This document shows, one piece after another, positions 9,825-17,700 of a DNA stretch of 20,000 nt. The notes beneath the pieces are model-generated. The model made no database searches and was not told the DNA's origin. It was given only the letters and a program-made list of their open reading frames with translations. The stretch is taken from IMG/VR virus record IMGVR_UViG_3300037466_001022. One strand, 5' to 3'. The translations under genes were made by a program, and so were the position numbers. This DNA is from an uncultured virus (IMG/VR IMGVR_UViG_3300037466_001022). Lineage: Duplodnaviria; Heunggongvirae; Uroviricota; Caudoviricetes. The stretch's first letter is position 1, and every line of letters begins with the position of its first letter.

Positions 9825-10439
9825 ATGTTACAGCGTTCAGATATATTTATTGAGTCTAAATATGTTAAATGGTATTTTGAGTTAATGGAAAAAGCAAGAT
9901 ACCAACCACCTATAAAAGGTCAGACAGAAAAACATCATATTATTCCAGAAGGATGTGGTGGTGAAGATAAAATGGAAAATAGGGTAAATTTGACATATCG
10001 ACAACATTACATTTCTCATATGCTTTTGGCAAAAGCCGATTATGTCGAATCATCTTCTAAGAGAAAAATGGTTCAAGGATTTCTTGCATTGGGCCGATTT
10101 CGTAAGTTAGATTGGTGGATTAATAGAGATAGGAATGGGTGTAAGACAAATTTACATGCTCAATTGAAAAAAAATCTCAGTTGCCACATTCGAGGTGAAA
10201 AAAGTGTGGTTTTTGGTCAAAAATTCTCTGAAGAGAGAAAACGACTCCAAAAAAATGGATTAATTGGGAAATCATCGTCTGGTGAGAACCATTATCTTTA
10301 TAAAAAGAAAATGTCCGAAGAACAAAAGAGGAAGATAAGCCAGACACTCAAAAAGTATAGTTTCACAGAAGAACATAAAAGGAATATCAGTCTATCAAAA
10401 ATTGGTCGTCCTCGAAAAGTGAAACTCTTAAAGTCCTAA
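9825..10439 (+). CDS. Free-standing HNH homing endonuclease (Mob-like) with NUMOD3-type DNA-binding repeats
   Basis: EKHHIIP..CGG.D...N.V.LT.RQHY..H.LL nuclease motif; C-terminal MSEEQKRKIS and FTEEHKRNIS repeats; AT-rich relative to flanks. Confidence 0.9.
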   Translation: MLQRSDIFIESKYVKWYFELMEKARYQPPIKGQTEKHHIIPEGCGGEDKMENRVNLTYRQHYISHMLLAKADYVESSSKRKMVQGFLALGRFRKLDWWINRDRNGCKTNLHAQLKKNLSCHIRGEKSVVFGQKFSEERKRLQKNGLIGKSSSGENHYLYKKKMSEEQKRKISQTLKKYSFTEEHKRNISLSKIGRPRKVKLLKS

Positions 10440-10442
10440 ATA
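10435..10442 (+). promoter_or_regulatory. Late-promoter variant CCTAAATA upstream of gp18
   Basis: CTAAATA core overlapping the endonuclease stop, ~40 nt before gp18 start. Confidence 0.6.
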
Positions 10443-10483
10443 TACAATAGAATTCAAAATTTTTACTCCAAAGGAGTTTTTAT

Positions 10484-12376
10484 ATGCCTTTCCAAATCTC
10501 ACCAGGTATTGTAACAACTGAAACCTCTCTGGCTGGTATCGTCCCTTCGGTAGCAACCACAGGTGGTGCTTTCGTTGGTGACTTCCTATGGGGTCCTGTA
10601 CTAGAACCAAAGTTGATTTCCAATGAAGTAACATTGGTTAATACTTTTGGCAAGCCTGGCGCAAACAACTACGAATCATTCTTCTCCGCAGCAAATTTCT
10701 TGGGCTACGGTAACAACCTACGTGTCGTCCGTGTCATTGATAGTGCTGCACGTAACGCAACTGCAACTGGAAATACTGGCGTTGTTATACGTAATCAAGC
10801 GGATTATGAAGCAAACGCAAAGTCAAGCCAGATTTCTACACAGGCCGGTCTAACTACCGCTCGTTATCCAGGTGTTCTAGGTAACAACCTTAAGGTATCT
10901 CTATGCCCTGGTGCGAATGCTTATTCAAACACACTAACAGCAACAGCAAACGTAACTGCTGGAAATACCGCTATTATCTTCTCAGCAAACGTTGCAACAG
11001 TCCTAACTACTGGTGACTATATCGCTATCGGTAATAACTCAAAACTCCAGGTTTCCGCTGTAAATAACACAAACGTAACTGTCGCTCTTTCTCCAACATT
11101 TTCAGCAACAGCAAACACCGTTGTTCGCTCTTGGGAGTATTCTGCTCAGTTCAATGGTGCTCCAGGCACTTCCGACTATGTAAGCACACGTGGCGGCTCC
11201 GCCGACGAATTGCACATGGTTGTTGTTGATGCTACTGGCGCAATCACAGGTACCGCTGGCACAATCCTTGAAAAGTATTCAAACCTTTCAAAGGCTTCCA
11301 ATGCTCTAAACAACGATGGTACAGCAAACTTCTATGTAGAAGCTTTGGAACGTCAGTCCCAGTATGTATTCTGGACTTCACACCCAACTGGTGCCACAAA
11401 TTGGGGTAATGACGCAACAACAACTTTCACTACAGTCGCTCGTCCAGTTACACTGACAATGGCTGGTGGTGTTGATTCCGGCACTCCAACAACAGGTCAA
11501 ATCGAATCAGGTTACGACCTATTCCTAAATGCTGACCTATACGATATCGGATTGGTCGTCACTGGTCCATGGGGAGCAACAGTCGGGGCCTATGTCATCA
11601 ACAACTTGGCTGAAGTCCGTAAGGATTGCGTAGCATTCGTATCTCCAGCTAAGACAGACGTTGTTCAACAGGTTGGAAACGAAGTCGATAATGTCATAGC
11701 ATGGCGTAACAGCCTTCCTCTATCCTCATCTTATGGTGTAGCTGATAGCGGTTGGAAGTATCAATACGACAAGTACAATGACCTATATCGTTGGATCCCT
11801 CTAAACCCCGACATTGCTGGTCTATGTGCAAGAACAGACATGACCAACGATCCATGGTGGTCTCCAGCCGGTATCACACGTGGTCAAATCAAGAATGTCG
11901 TCAAACTTGCTTGGAATCCTAACCAGGCAGAACGCGACCTTCTATATCCAAATGGCGTCAATCCAGTTGTCACTTTCCCTAATGAAGGTACAATCCTGTT
12001 TGGTGACAAGACCATGTTGGCAAAACCAGACGCATTCGACAGAATCAACGTCCGTCGTCTTTTCATCGTTCTAGAAAAGTCTATCTCCAAGGCTTCTCGT
12101 ACAGAGCTATTCGAGTTCAACGATGACTTCACAAGAGCAGGCTTCAAGTCAATGATTGAGCCTTTCCTACGTGACGTTAAGGGCCGTCGTGGTATCACCG
12201 ACTTCTTGGTAATCTGCGATACTACAAACAACACACCACAGGTTATCAACTCAAACAACTTCGTTGGTACCATCATTGTACGTCCAGCACGTTCAATCAA
12301 CTTCATCACACTTTCCTTTGTTGCGGCTCCGGAGGGAATCGCCTTCGAGGAAATTGTGGGCACTGGAGCCTTCTAA
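10484..12376 (+). CDS. gp18: Tail sheath protein gp18
   Basis: MPFQISPG, F.WGP, AANFLGYGNNLRVVR, YDKYND.YRWIP, PWWSPAG..RG, AFDRINVRRLF, PARSINFI; SD AAGGAG. Confidence 0.97.
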   Translation: MPFQISPGIVTTETSLAGIVPSVATTGGAFVGDFLWGPVLEPKLISNEVTLVNTFGKPGANNYESFFSAANFLGYGNNLRVVRVIDSAARNATATGNTGVVIRNQADYEANAKSSQISTQAGLTTARYPGVLGNNLKVSLCPGANAYSNTLTATANVTAGNTAIIFSANVATVLTTGDYIAIGNNSKLQVSAVNNTNVTVALSPTFSATANTVVRSWEYSAQFNGAPGTSDYVSTRGGSADELHMVVVDATGAITGTAGTILEKYSNLSKASNALNNDGTANFYVEALERQSQYVFWTSHPTGATNWGNDATTTFTTVARPVTLTMAGGVDSGTPTTGQIESGYDLFLNADLYDIGLVVTGPWGATVGAYVINNLAEVRKDCVAFVSPAKTDVVQQVGNEVDNVIAWRNSLPLSSSYGVADSGWKYQYDKYNDLYRWIPLNPDIAGLCARTDMTNDPWWSPAGITRGQIKNVVKLAWNPNQAERDLLYPNGVNPVVTFPNEGTILFGDKTMLAKPDAFDRINVRRLFIVLEKSISKASRTELFEFNDDFTRAGFKSMIEPFLRDVKGRRGITDFLVICDTTNNTPQVINSNNFVGTIIVRPARSINFITLSFVAAPEGIAFEEIVGTGAF

Positions 12377-12385
12377 TACTATATC

Positions 12386-12970
12386 ATGATTATTTCAGAG
12401 AAGGTGGAAGTAACAATATCAAACCAAGGGAAGTATTATTCTTCCCTTGGTTACAAAGATACTAAACAAGGCACTAAAATAATAGTACCAATTGAACATT
12501 TATTAAAAAATTCTAATATTAAAGTTGAATGTCAATGTGATCAATGTGATTCAATATTCTGGAGACAATATCAATTAGTAAGAAAAGAAGGTAAACTCAA
12601 TTTAGGACTATTATGTTTTGATTGTGCCAGAAAAGAAATAGGCGTTCAATCGGATAAGACTAATGCAAAAATTGCAAATAGTAAAAGAACTGGTGTTAAA
12701 CATCCACGTTGGAATCCTAATAAAAGTGAATTTGTTAAATTTGCCAATCAAGTAAGATGGTTAAGTGAAAAGAAATATATTGAATATAAAGATATTATCA
12801 ATCCACACGACTACCCAAGAACATTATGTGGTGTTGAAGGTGGTTATCAGTTAGACCATATTATTTCCATCAAAAGAGGTTTTTTGACAGGTCTTAATCC
12901 AGAATTTTTAGCAGAAGTAAATAATCTGCGAATGGTTCCATGGAAAGTAAATCGTGATAAGTGGTACTAA
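12386..12970 (+). CDS. Free-standing HNH endonuclease with N-terminal Zn-finger
   Basis: CDQC...CFDC, HPRWNP, C-terminal YQLDHIIS....GF.......NL.MVPW..N..K HNH motif; AT-rich. Confidence 0.82.
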   Translation: MIISEKVEVTISNQGKYYSSLGYKDTKQGTKIIVPIEHLLKNSNIKVECQCDQCDSIFWRQYQLVRKEGKLNLGLLCFDCARKEIGVQSDKTNAKIANSKRTGVKHPRWNPNKSEFVKFANQVRWLSEKKYIEYKDIINPHDYPRTLCGVEGGYQLDHIISIKRGFLTGLNPEFLAEVNNLRMVPWKVNRDKWY

Positions 12971-12977
12971 CCCACCG

Positions 12978-12985
12978 CATAAATA
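12978..12985 (+). promoter_or_regulatory. Late promoter CATAAATA upstream of gp19
   Basis: 7/8 consensus, intergenic, followed by AAGGAG. Confidence 0.7.
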
Positions 12986-13008
12986 TTCTCGCAAGGAGTT
13001 ATAAACAA

Positions 13009-13590
13009 ATGCCTTTTAATATTTCAAACTTCAGATCAGAACTACAATATGACGGCGCAAGAGCGAACCTCTTCGAAGTCACAATGCAGTTCCCTATTCT
13101 CCTTGGTAATTCCGATGCTGCAAGAAAGCTGACTTTCATGTGTAAGTCAGCCTCTCTGCCTGGTGTGTCCGTTGGAACTGTTCCAATGTACTACTTTGGT
13201 CGTGAGCTAAAGTTTGCTGGCAACAAGAATTTCCAGGATTGGTCAATCACAATCATCAATGACGAAGACTTTCTGGTCCGTAACGCATTCGAAGAATGGT
13301 CAGACGGCATCAATCGTCACGTCGAAAACCTAAGAACACTTGGCAATAATCCAAATTCTTATCAGGTTGATATGCAAGTTGTCCAGTACGGTAAGTCTGG
13401 TAACGGCATCAAGGGTTACAACCTAGTTGGTTGCTGGCCTACTGACATTTCAACTATCGATTTGGATTGGGGTACAAACGACACAATCGAAGATTTCACT
13501 GTTACTCTAGCATACCAGTGGTGGGAAGCGTATGGTCCGTCTGGGGTGCAAATCACAGATGGTGAATCCTCACCTGTCGTGTTGCCTTAA
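13009..13590 (+). CDS. gp19: Tail tube protein gp19
   Basis: GARANLFEV, FMCKSASLPG, YFGRELKFAG...F.DW.ITIINDEDF, WPT..S.IDLDW, IEDFTVT..YQWW. Start at ATG 13009. Confidence 0.96.
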   Translation: MPFNISNFRSELQYDGARANLFEVTMQFPILLGNSDAARKLTFMCKSASLPGVSVGTVPMYYFGRELKFAGNKNFQDWSITIINDEDFLVRNAFEEWSDGINRHVENLRTLGNNPNSYQVDMQVVQYGKSGNGIKGYNLVGCWPTDISTIDLDWGTNDTIEDFTVTLAYQWWEAYGPSGVQITDGESSPVVLP

Positions 13591-13606
13591 TCTTTTATTT
13601 TTTATC

Positions 13607-14269
13607 ATGTTGTGTACAATCTACAAAGCAACTAACAAAATTAATGGCAAATCATACATTGGTTTTGATAGTAATTGGCCAAGGCGGCAAATAGAACACA
13701 AGTCTAATGCCGCCTTGGCTCGCGATGCTACACACTTTCATAAAGCCATCCGTAAACATGGTTGGGATAATTTTGTTTGGGAAATTGTCTGTCAATTTCC
13801 AGACAAAAATTATACATTAAAGGTATTGGAACCATATTTCATCAAGTATTATGATACATACGAAAATGGATATAATCTAACACATGGTGGTGATGGTAAT
13901 CCTGGTTATAAATGGTCAACTGAAATGACCGAGTATATGAGAAAAATTATGACAGGTAAGAAACAATCAAAAGAAACACTGAAAAAGAAAAGCCTGGCTG
14001 CCAAAGGAAGAAAATTGTCTCAAGATCACATTTTAAATACTTCTATTGGTCTCATAAAGAGATATGAAACTGAAAACCAAGAAAAAATTTTGGTAAATAC
14101 AAAATATGGGTCAGTTATGTTTGGCTCATTTAGGTCTGCCGAAAGATCATTAAAAAATGGTTCAAAATGTGACCTTCATTGGTGCTTCCGTTTCTATAGA
14201 AAAAATGATCGTCTTCCACCAAAATTATTAAATGAAGGTTTCATCATTAGCGTAGAAAGAGTTGCCTAA
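13607..14269 (+). CDS. Free-standing GIY-YIG (Seg-like) homing endonuclease with NUMOD3-type repeats
   Basis: TIYKATNKINGKSYIG, R...H, AIRKHG..NF, E..FI, NGYNLT.GGDG, KKQSKETLKKKS. Start taken at ATG 13607. Confidence 0.9.
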   Translation: MLCTIYKATNKINGKSYIGFDSNWPRRQIEHKSNAALARDATHFHKAIRKHGWDNFVWEIVCQFPDKNYTLKVLEPYFIKYYDTYENGYNLTHGGDGNPGYKWSTEMTEYMRKIMTGKKQSKETLKKKSLAAKGRKLSQDHILNTSIGLIKRYETENQEKILVNTKYGSVMFGSFRSAERSLKNGSKCDLHWCFRFYRKNDRLPPKLLNEGFIISVERVA

Positions 14270-15978
14270 TGGCTGGCATAAAGTTATTTGGTTACGAGCT
14301 AATAAAGACTAAGCAGGAAGAGGCTAACTCCTCTCCTTCCCTTAAGTCTTTTGTTGGTCCGGAAAACGATGATGGTGCTATTACAATCCAATCGGGTGCC
14401 GGGGGATTCTCCGGCACCTTTCTTGACTTGGATGGTGTCATCAAGAATGAGCAAGAGCTTATTGTACGTTATCGTGAAATGGCTCAACAGCCCGAAGTTG
14501 AGTCGGCAATTGACGATATCTGCAATGAAGCCATTGTCCATGACGACGAAGGTAAGACCGTTTCGTTGGTCATGGATCAATTGGATGACTATGATGAAAC
14601 AGTAAAGAAGGCCATTCGCGACGAGTTTGACAATGTTCTGAGATTGTTGGATTTCTCCAACCAAGGTTATGATATCTTTCGCCAATGGTATGTAGATGGT
14701 CGTATCTTCTACCATGTCATCGTGGATGAAGCCAATCGGGATGAAGGTATCAAAGAAGTAAGATTTATTGATCCTCGCAGGATCAAAAAGATTCGTGAAA
14801 TCCAGAAGGTGAAAGACCCACGTACTGGAATGGACATGGTTGGTAAAGTCCAGGAATACTATCTGTTCAATGAGTATGGAACTCCTGGTAAGAACAATTC
14901 TGGGGCTAATGGCACTGTAGGCAAGATTGCCAAAGACTCTGTGGTCTCTATCACTTCTGGTCTTGTTGACCCGAAACGTGGACTCGTTATTGGTTTCTTG
15001 AACAAGGCTATCAAGCCTGCCAACAACCTTAGAATGATTGAAGATGCTTCTGTCATTTATCGTTTGGCAAGAGCACCTGGTCGTCGTGCGTGGTATTTCG
15101 ACGTAGGTGGCATGAGTTCCAAGAAAGCTGAAGAATATGTAAATTCGATGATGGTGAAATATCGTAATCGTCTTCAATATGATTCGTCTACAGGTGAAAT
15201 CAAAGACGATAGACGCCATATTTCAATGCTTGAAGACTTCTGGTTGGCACGTAAGGATGGTAAACAAACCACCGAGATCGTTACACTTCCAGAAGGTGCT
15301 AATCTTGGTAACATGGAAGACGTGGAATATTTCCTCCGTAAGCTATATTCTGCATTGGGTGTTCCACTTTCTCGTTTGCAGCCAGGTCAGCCCTTCTCTA
15401 TGGGCTACAACAATGAAATCTCTCGCGATGAATTGAAGTTCTCGAAATTCATTGATCGTCTTAGAAATCGTTTCTCTCACCTATTCGATGAACTACTTCG
15501 CCAGCAATTGATCTTGAAAAAGGTCTGTAATGCCGAAGAATGGGAAGATATCCGCGAACGTCTGCATTATGACTTTTTGCGTGACAATAACTTTACCGAG
15601 TTGAAAGAAAGCCAATTGTTGCAGAATCGTCTCCAGATTCTAACTTCAATCTCTCCTTATGTTGGTGTGTATTTCTCTCAGAAATGGATCAAGACGAACG
15701 TTCTTCGCTTCGATGACGAGGACATTGAACAAATGGATGAAGAAATCGAGGAAGAGGGTTCACAACCACCACCACCAGGAGCAGAGGGACAAATTGATCC
15801 TCAGACTGGAATGCCATTTGAAATGGGTTCAGACGGTACTCCAACACAAAGCGGTGCAATGCCTAGTGAACCAGGTGAACCAGCTTTTGGACAGAACAAT
15901 TCATCAAATGACTACAAGCCAAAGCTTCGTAGGAATAAGAAATATGGCGAAGAACCAAAAAGTCCGTTTGACAAGTAA
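14269..15978 (+). CDS. gp20: Portal vertex protein gp20
   Basis: YREMA..PEV.SAIDDI.NEAI, FRQWYVDGR, IDPRRI, KAIKPAN.LRMIEDA.VIYR..RAP, MLEDFWL.R, ISRDELKF.KFI.RLR. Confidence 0.97.
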   Translation: MAGIKLFGYELIKTKQEEANSSPSLKSFVGPENDDGAITIQSGAGGFSGTFLDLDGVIKNEQELIVRYREMAQQPEVESAIDDICNEAIVHDDEGKTVSLVMDQLDDYDETVKKAIRDEFDNVLRLLDFSNQGYDIFRQWYVDGRIFYHVIVDEANRDEGIKEVRFIDPRRIKKIREIQKVKDPRTGMDMVGKVQEYYLFNEYGTPGKNNSGANGTVGKIAKDSVVSITSGLVDPKRGLVIGFLNKAIKPANNLRMIEDASVIYRLARAPGRRAWYFDVGGMSSKKAEEYVNSMMVKYRNRLQYDSSTGEIKDDRRHISMLEDFWLARKDGKQTTEIVTLPEGANLGNMEDVEYFLRKLYSALGVPLSRLQPGQPFSMGYNNEISRDELKFSKFIDRLRNRFSHLFDELLRQQLILKKVCNAEEWEDIRERLHYDFLRDNNFTELKESQLLQNRLQILTSISPYVGVYFSQKWIKTNVLRFDDEDIEQMDEEIEEEGSQPPPPGAEGQIDPQTGMPFEMGSDGTPTQSGAMPSEPGEPAFGQNNSSNDYKPKLRRNKKYGEEPKSPFDK

Positions 15979-16216
15979 GATCATCGAACACCGTGATAGA
16001 GCTACCGACCATTTCATTGCGGAAGGCTTAGGTGATTGGCTGAAACCGGGTTACAAAGGCACTGCCGATATCAAGCGTAGACGCCAACAACACTTGGCTA
16101 ATAAGTATGTGTATAAGACCGATAAAGAAGGTACTTTCAAGTTTCATCATCATAACAGAGCGGCACAACGATATGGTCGTCTAGCTGCTGGTAAGAAACC
16201 ATTTCAAGAAGGATAA
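15944..16216 (+). CDS. Small basic hypothetical protein, probable head-core/internal protein
   Basis: ATG 15944 after AGGA, overlapping the end of gp20 by 35 nt; FIAE/G motif; shares a 20-aa motif with 18201..18794. Confidence 0.6.
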   Translation: MAKNQKVRLTSKIIEHRDRATDHFIAEGLGDWLKPGYKGTADIKRRRQQHLANKYVYKTDKEGTFKFHHHNRAAQRYGRLAAGKKPFQEG

Positions 16217-16220
16217 GAAA

Positions 16221-16967
16221 ATGAGCAGTAAAGATATCATCGACCATCTATACAATGGTGATTTGGATCAGATGCGTGAAGCATTCCATCAAACAATGCT
16301 TCCTCATGTCGCCAACATGCTTGAAACAAAGAAGCTTGAAGTAGCTTCAAAGATGATTGGAGATGGGGAACCTGTCAGTGAAGAGGTTCTAGCAGAAATT
16401 TCAAAGAAGACACTTGGCTCATATGTAAAGAAATCTGCCGAAAATATGGCTGCTGGTGAAAGTGACAAAGAAACATATCGCAAGTATCCGGTTGCCAGAA
16501 AAGAAGCTGAAAAACAGGTTGAAAAGCGCCGCACTGGAATTGAACGCGCCGTTAAAAAACTAACCAAAGAAGAAATGGAAACAATCATTGATGCTTTGGA
16601 TGAAGAAACATTGACAGAACTATCAAAAGGTACACTTAAGTCATATGTTCATAAAGCTTCAATGGATATGGTTAAAAATAATCATCTAGCAACATCACCT
16701 TTTAAAGGTAAAGGGTACGCAAAAAATAAGGTTGCAGAAAGAAAGTTTGGTAATAGAGTCGATGGTGTCAAAAAAGCCTTTAATAAAGTTACCAAAGAAG
16801 AAGTAGAAGAATTCCTAGGTACTTTAACTCAGGAAGAAATTGAAAATCTTCAGGAACTATCTTCCAAGAAACTTCTTCAGTACACAGCCAAGGCTGGTTA
16901 CGATACCAAGAAAGATCGTGAAAAGGGTATTGACAAGGCTACAAAGAAGCTATCAAAAGACGAATAA
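16221..16967 (+). CDS. gp67: gp67-like prohead core protein fused to three basic helical repeat modules
   Basis: First ~50 aa (IID.L..GDL...REAF...M......LE.KK.EVASKM) resemble T4 gp67 and lie just after gp20; followed by three LxE(I/L)S...L..Y..K modules. Confidence 0.7.
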   Translation: MSSKDIIDHLYNGDLDQMREAFHQTMLPHVANMLETKKLEVASKMIGDGEPVSEEVLAEISKKTLGSYVKKSAENMAAGESDKETYRKYPVARKEAEKQVEKRRTGIERAVKKLTKEEMETIIDALDEETLTELSKGTLKSYVHKASMDMVKNNHLATSPFKGKGYAKNKVAERKFGNRVDGVKKAFNKVTKEEVEEFLGTLTQEEIENLQELSSKKLLQYTAKAGYDTKKDREKGIDKATKKLSKDE

Positions 16968-16997
16968 GGTTCCTCGCGTAAAGGAGTAATTTTCCAG

Positions 16998-17285
16998 ATG
17001 AAAACATTCGAACAAATTCAAGAAGAAATTTTATCCGAATTGTCTGGCAAAACTCTTGTTGGTTATATCCAGAAAGCTACCGCGGAAGGTGACAAACAAA
17101 ATAAGATCGCTCAAGGGCATATGAAAACCTTACATAAGCTTCGCATGATTGACAACAAACTGGAAGACCCCAAGAACAAAGAATACTATACACAAACCCA
17201 TGCTCATGCTCGTAAAGCCGTGAGCAAGCATTTTAGAAGAACTGCTGGCTTGAAGCGAGCATATAGAAGTTTGGAGAAGAAATGA
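16998..17285 (+). CDS. Putative internal head protein: capsid-targeting-like leader plus one basic module
   Basis: MKTFEQIQEEILSE leader (cf. T4 CTS MKTYQEFIAE); ELSGKTLVGYIQKA...R..GL..A; SD AAGGAG. Confidence 0.75.
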   Translation: MKTFEQIQEEILSELSGKTLVGYIQKATAEGDKQNKIAQGHMKTLHKLRMIDNKLEDPKNKEYYTQTHAHARKAVSKHFRRTAGLKRAYRSLEKK

Positions 17286-17506
17286 AAATGTTAAATCAAA
17301 TCCAGGAAGAAATCTTGAATGAGATTAGCTTCGACAAAATGACCGAATATACGAAAAAAGCCTATGCAAGTCGTGAAAAGGCCGGACAGAGAGCCCGCGC
17401 ATTCGACAATGCAACAGCGAAAGAGGGTACCAAAACTTATAATAAAAGAGAAAAAGGTTTGAAACTTCTTCATAAGAGATCAAAGGGCTTTTACGGCGAA
17501 AAATAA
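17282..17506 (+). CDS. Putative internal head protein, paralog of 16998..17285
   Basis: MKMLNQIQEEILNE leader; EISFDKMTEYTKKA...REKGL; GGAG SD and ATGA coupling. Confidence 0.75.
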   Translation: MKMLNQIQEEILNEISFDKMTEYTKKAYASREKAGQRARAFDNATAKEGTKTYNKREKGLKLLHKRSKGFYGEK

Positions 17507-17511
17507 TCATC

Positions 17512-17697
17512 ATGAAGACATTCTGGCAACTTCTGGAAGAAATGAAGGTAACTAAAGAATCTGTAGACTACTCCAAGGGTATGCCAGAAAGTCATTGTGG
17601 TATCTGCGATCATTATAAATCACCAAATGCCTGCGAAAGAGTAAAAGGTAAAATCAACACAAATATGTGGTGCAAACTGTTCAAGAAAGAAGATTAG
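17512..17697 (+). CDS. HiPIP-like [4Fe-4S] protein with capsid-targeting-like leader
   Basis: MKTFWQLLEE leader then K..K..V.Y.......CxxC..Y..P..C..V.G.I....WC..F, the four-Cys pattern of short HiPIPs. Confidence 0.75.
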   Translation: MKTFWQLLEEMKVTKESVDYSKGMPESHCGICDHYKSPNACERVKGKINTNMWCKLFKKED

Positions 17698-17700
17698 ATC

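Noticed and set aside
11884..12363. 159-aa minus-strand ORF and other short antisense ORFs
   Set aside because: Shadows of well-supported plus-strand structural genes.
14299..15219. 306-aa minus-strand ORF
   Set aside because: Antisense shadow of the codon-biased portal gene; no motifs or RBS.
15659..15943. N-terminal extension of the 185-aa ORF
   Set aside because: Lies inside gp20; ATG 15944 is the more plausible start.
8088..15978. Introns or inteins in gp17, gp18, gp19, gp20
   Set aside because: All are continuous and of normal length; the endonucleases are intergenic.
15710..15978. Acidic/Pro-rich tail of the portal as a novel domain
   Set aside because: Low-complexity variable C-termini are usual in gp20 homologues.
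5736..17697. Stop-codon reassignment
   Set aside because: TAG, TGA and TAA all end genes at expected positions and core genes are uninterrupted in code 11.
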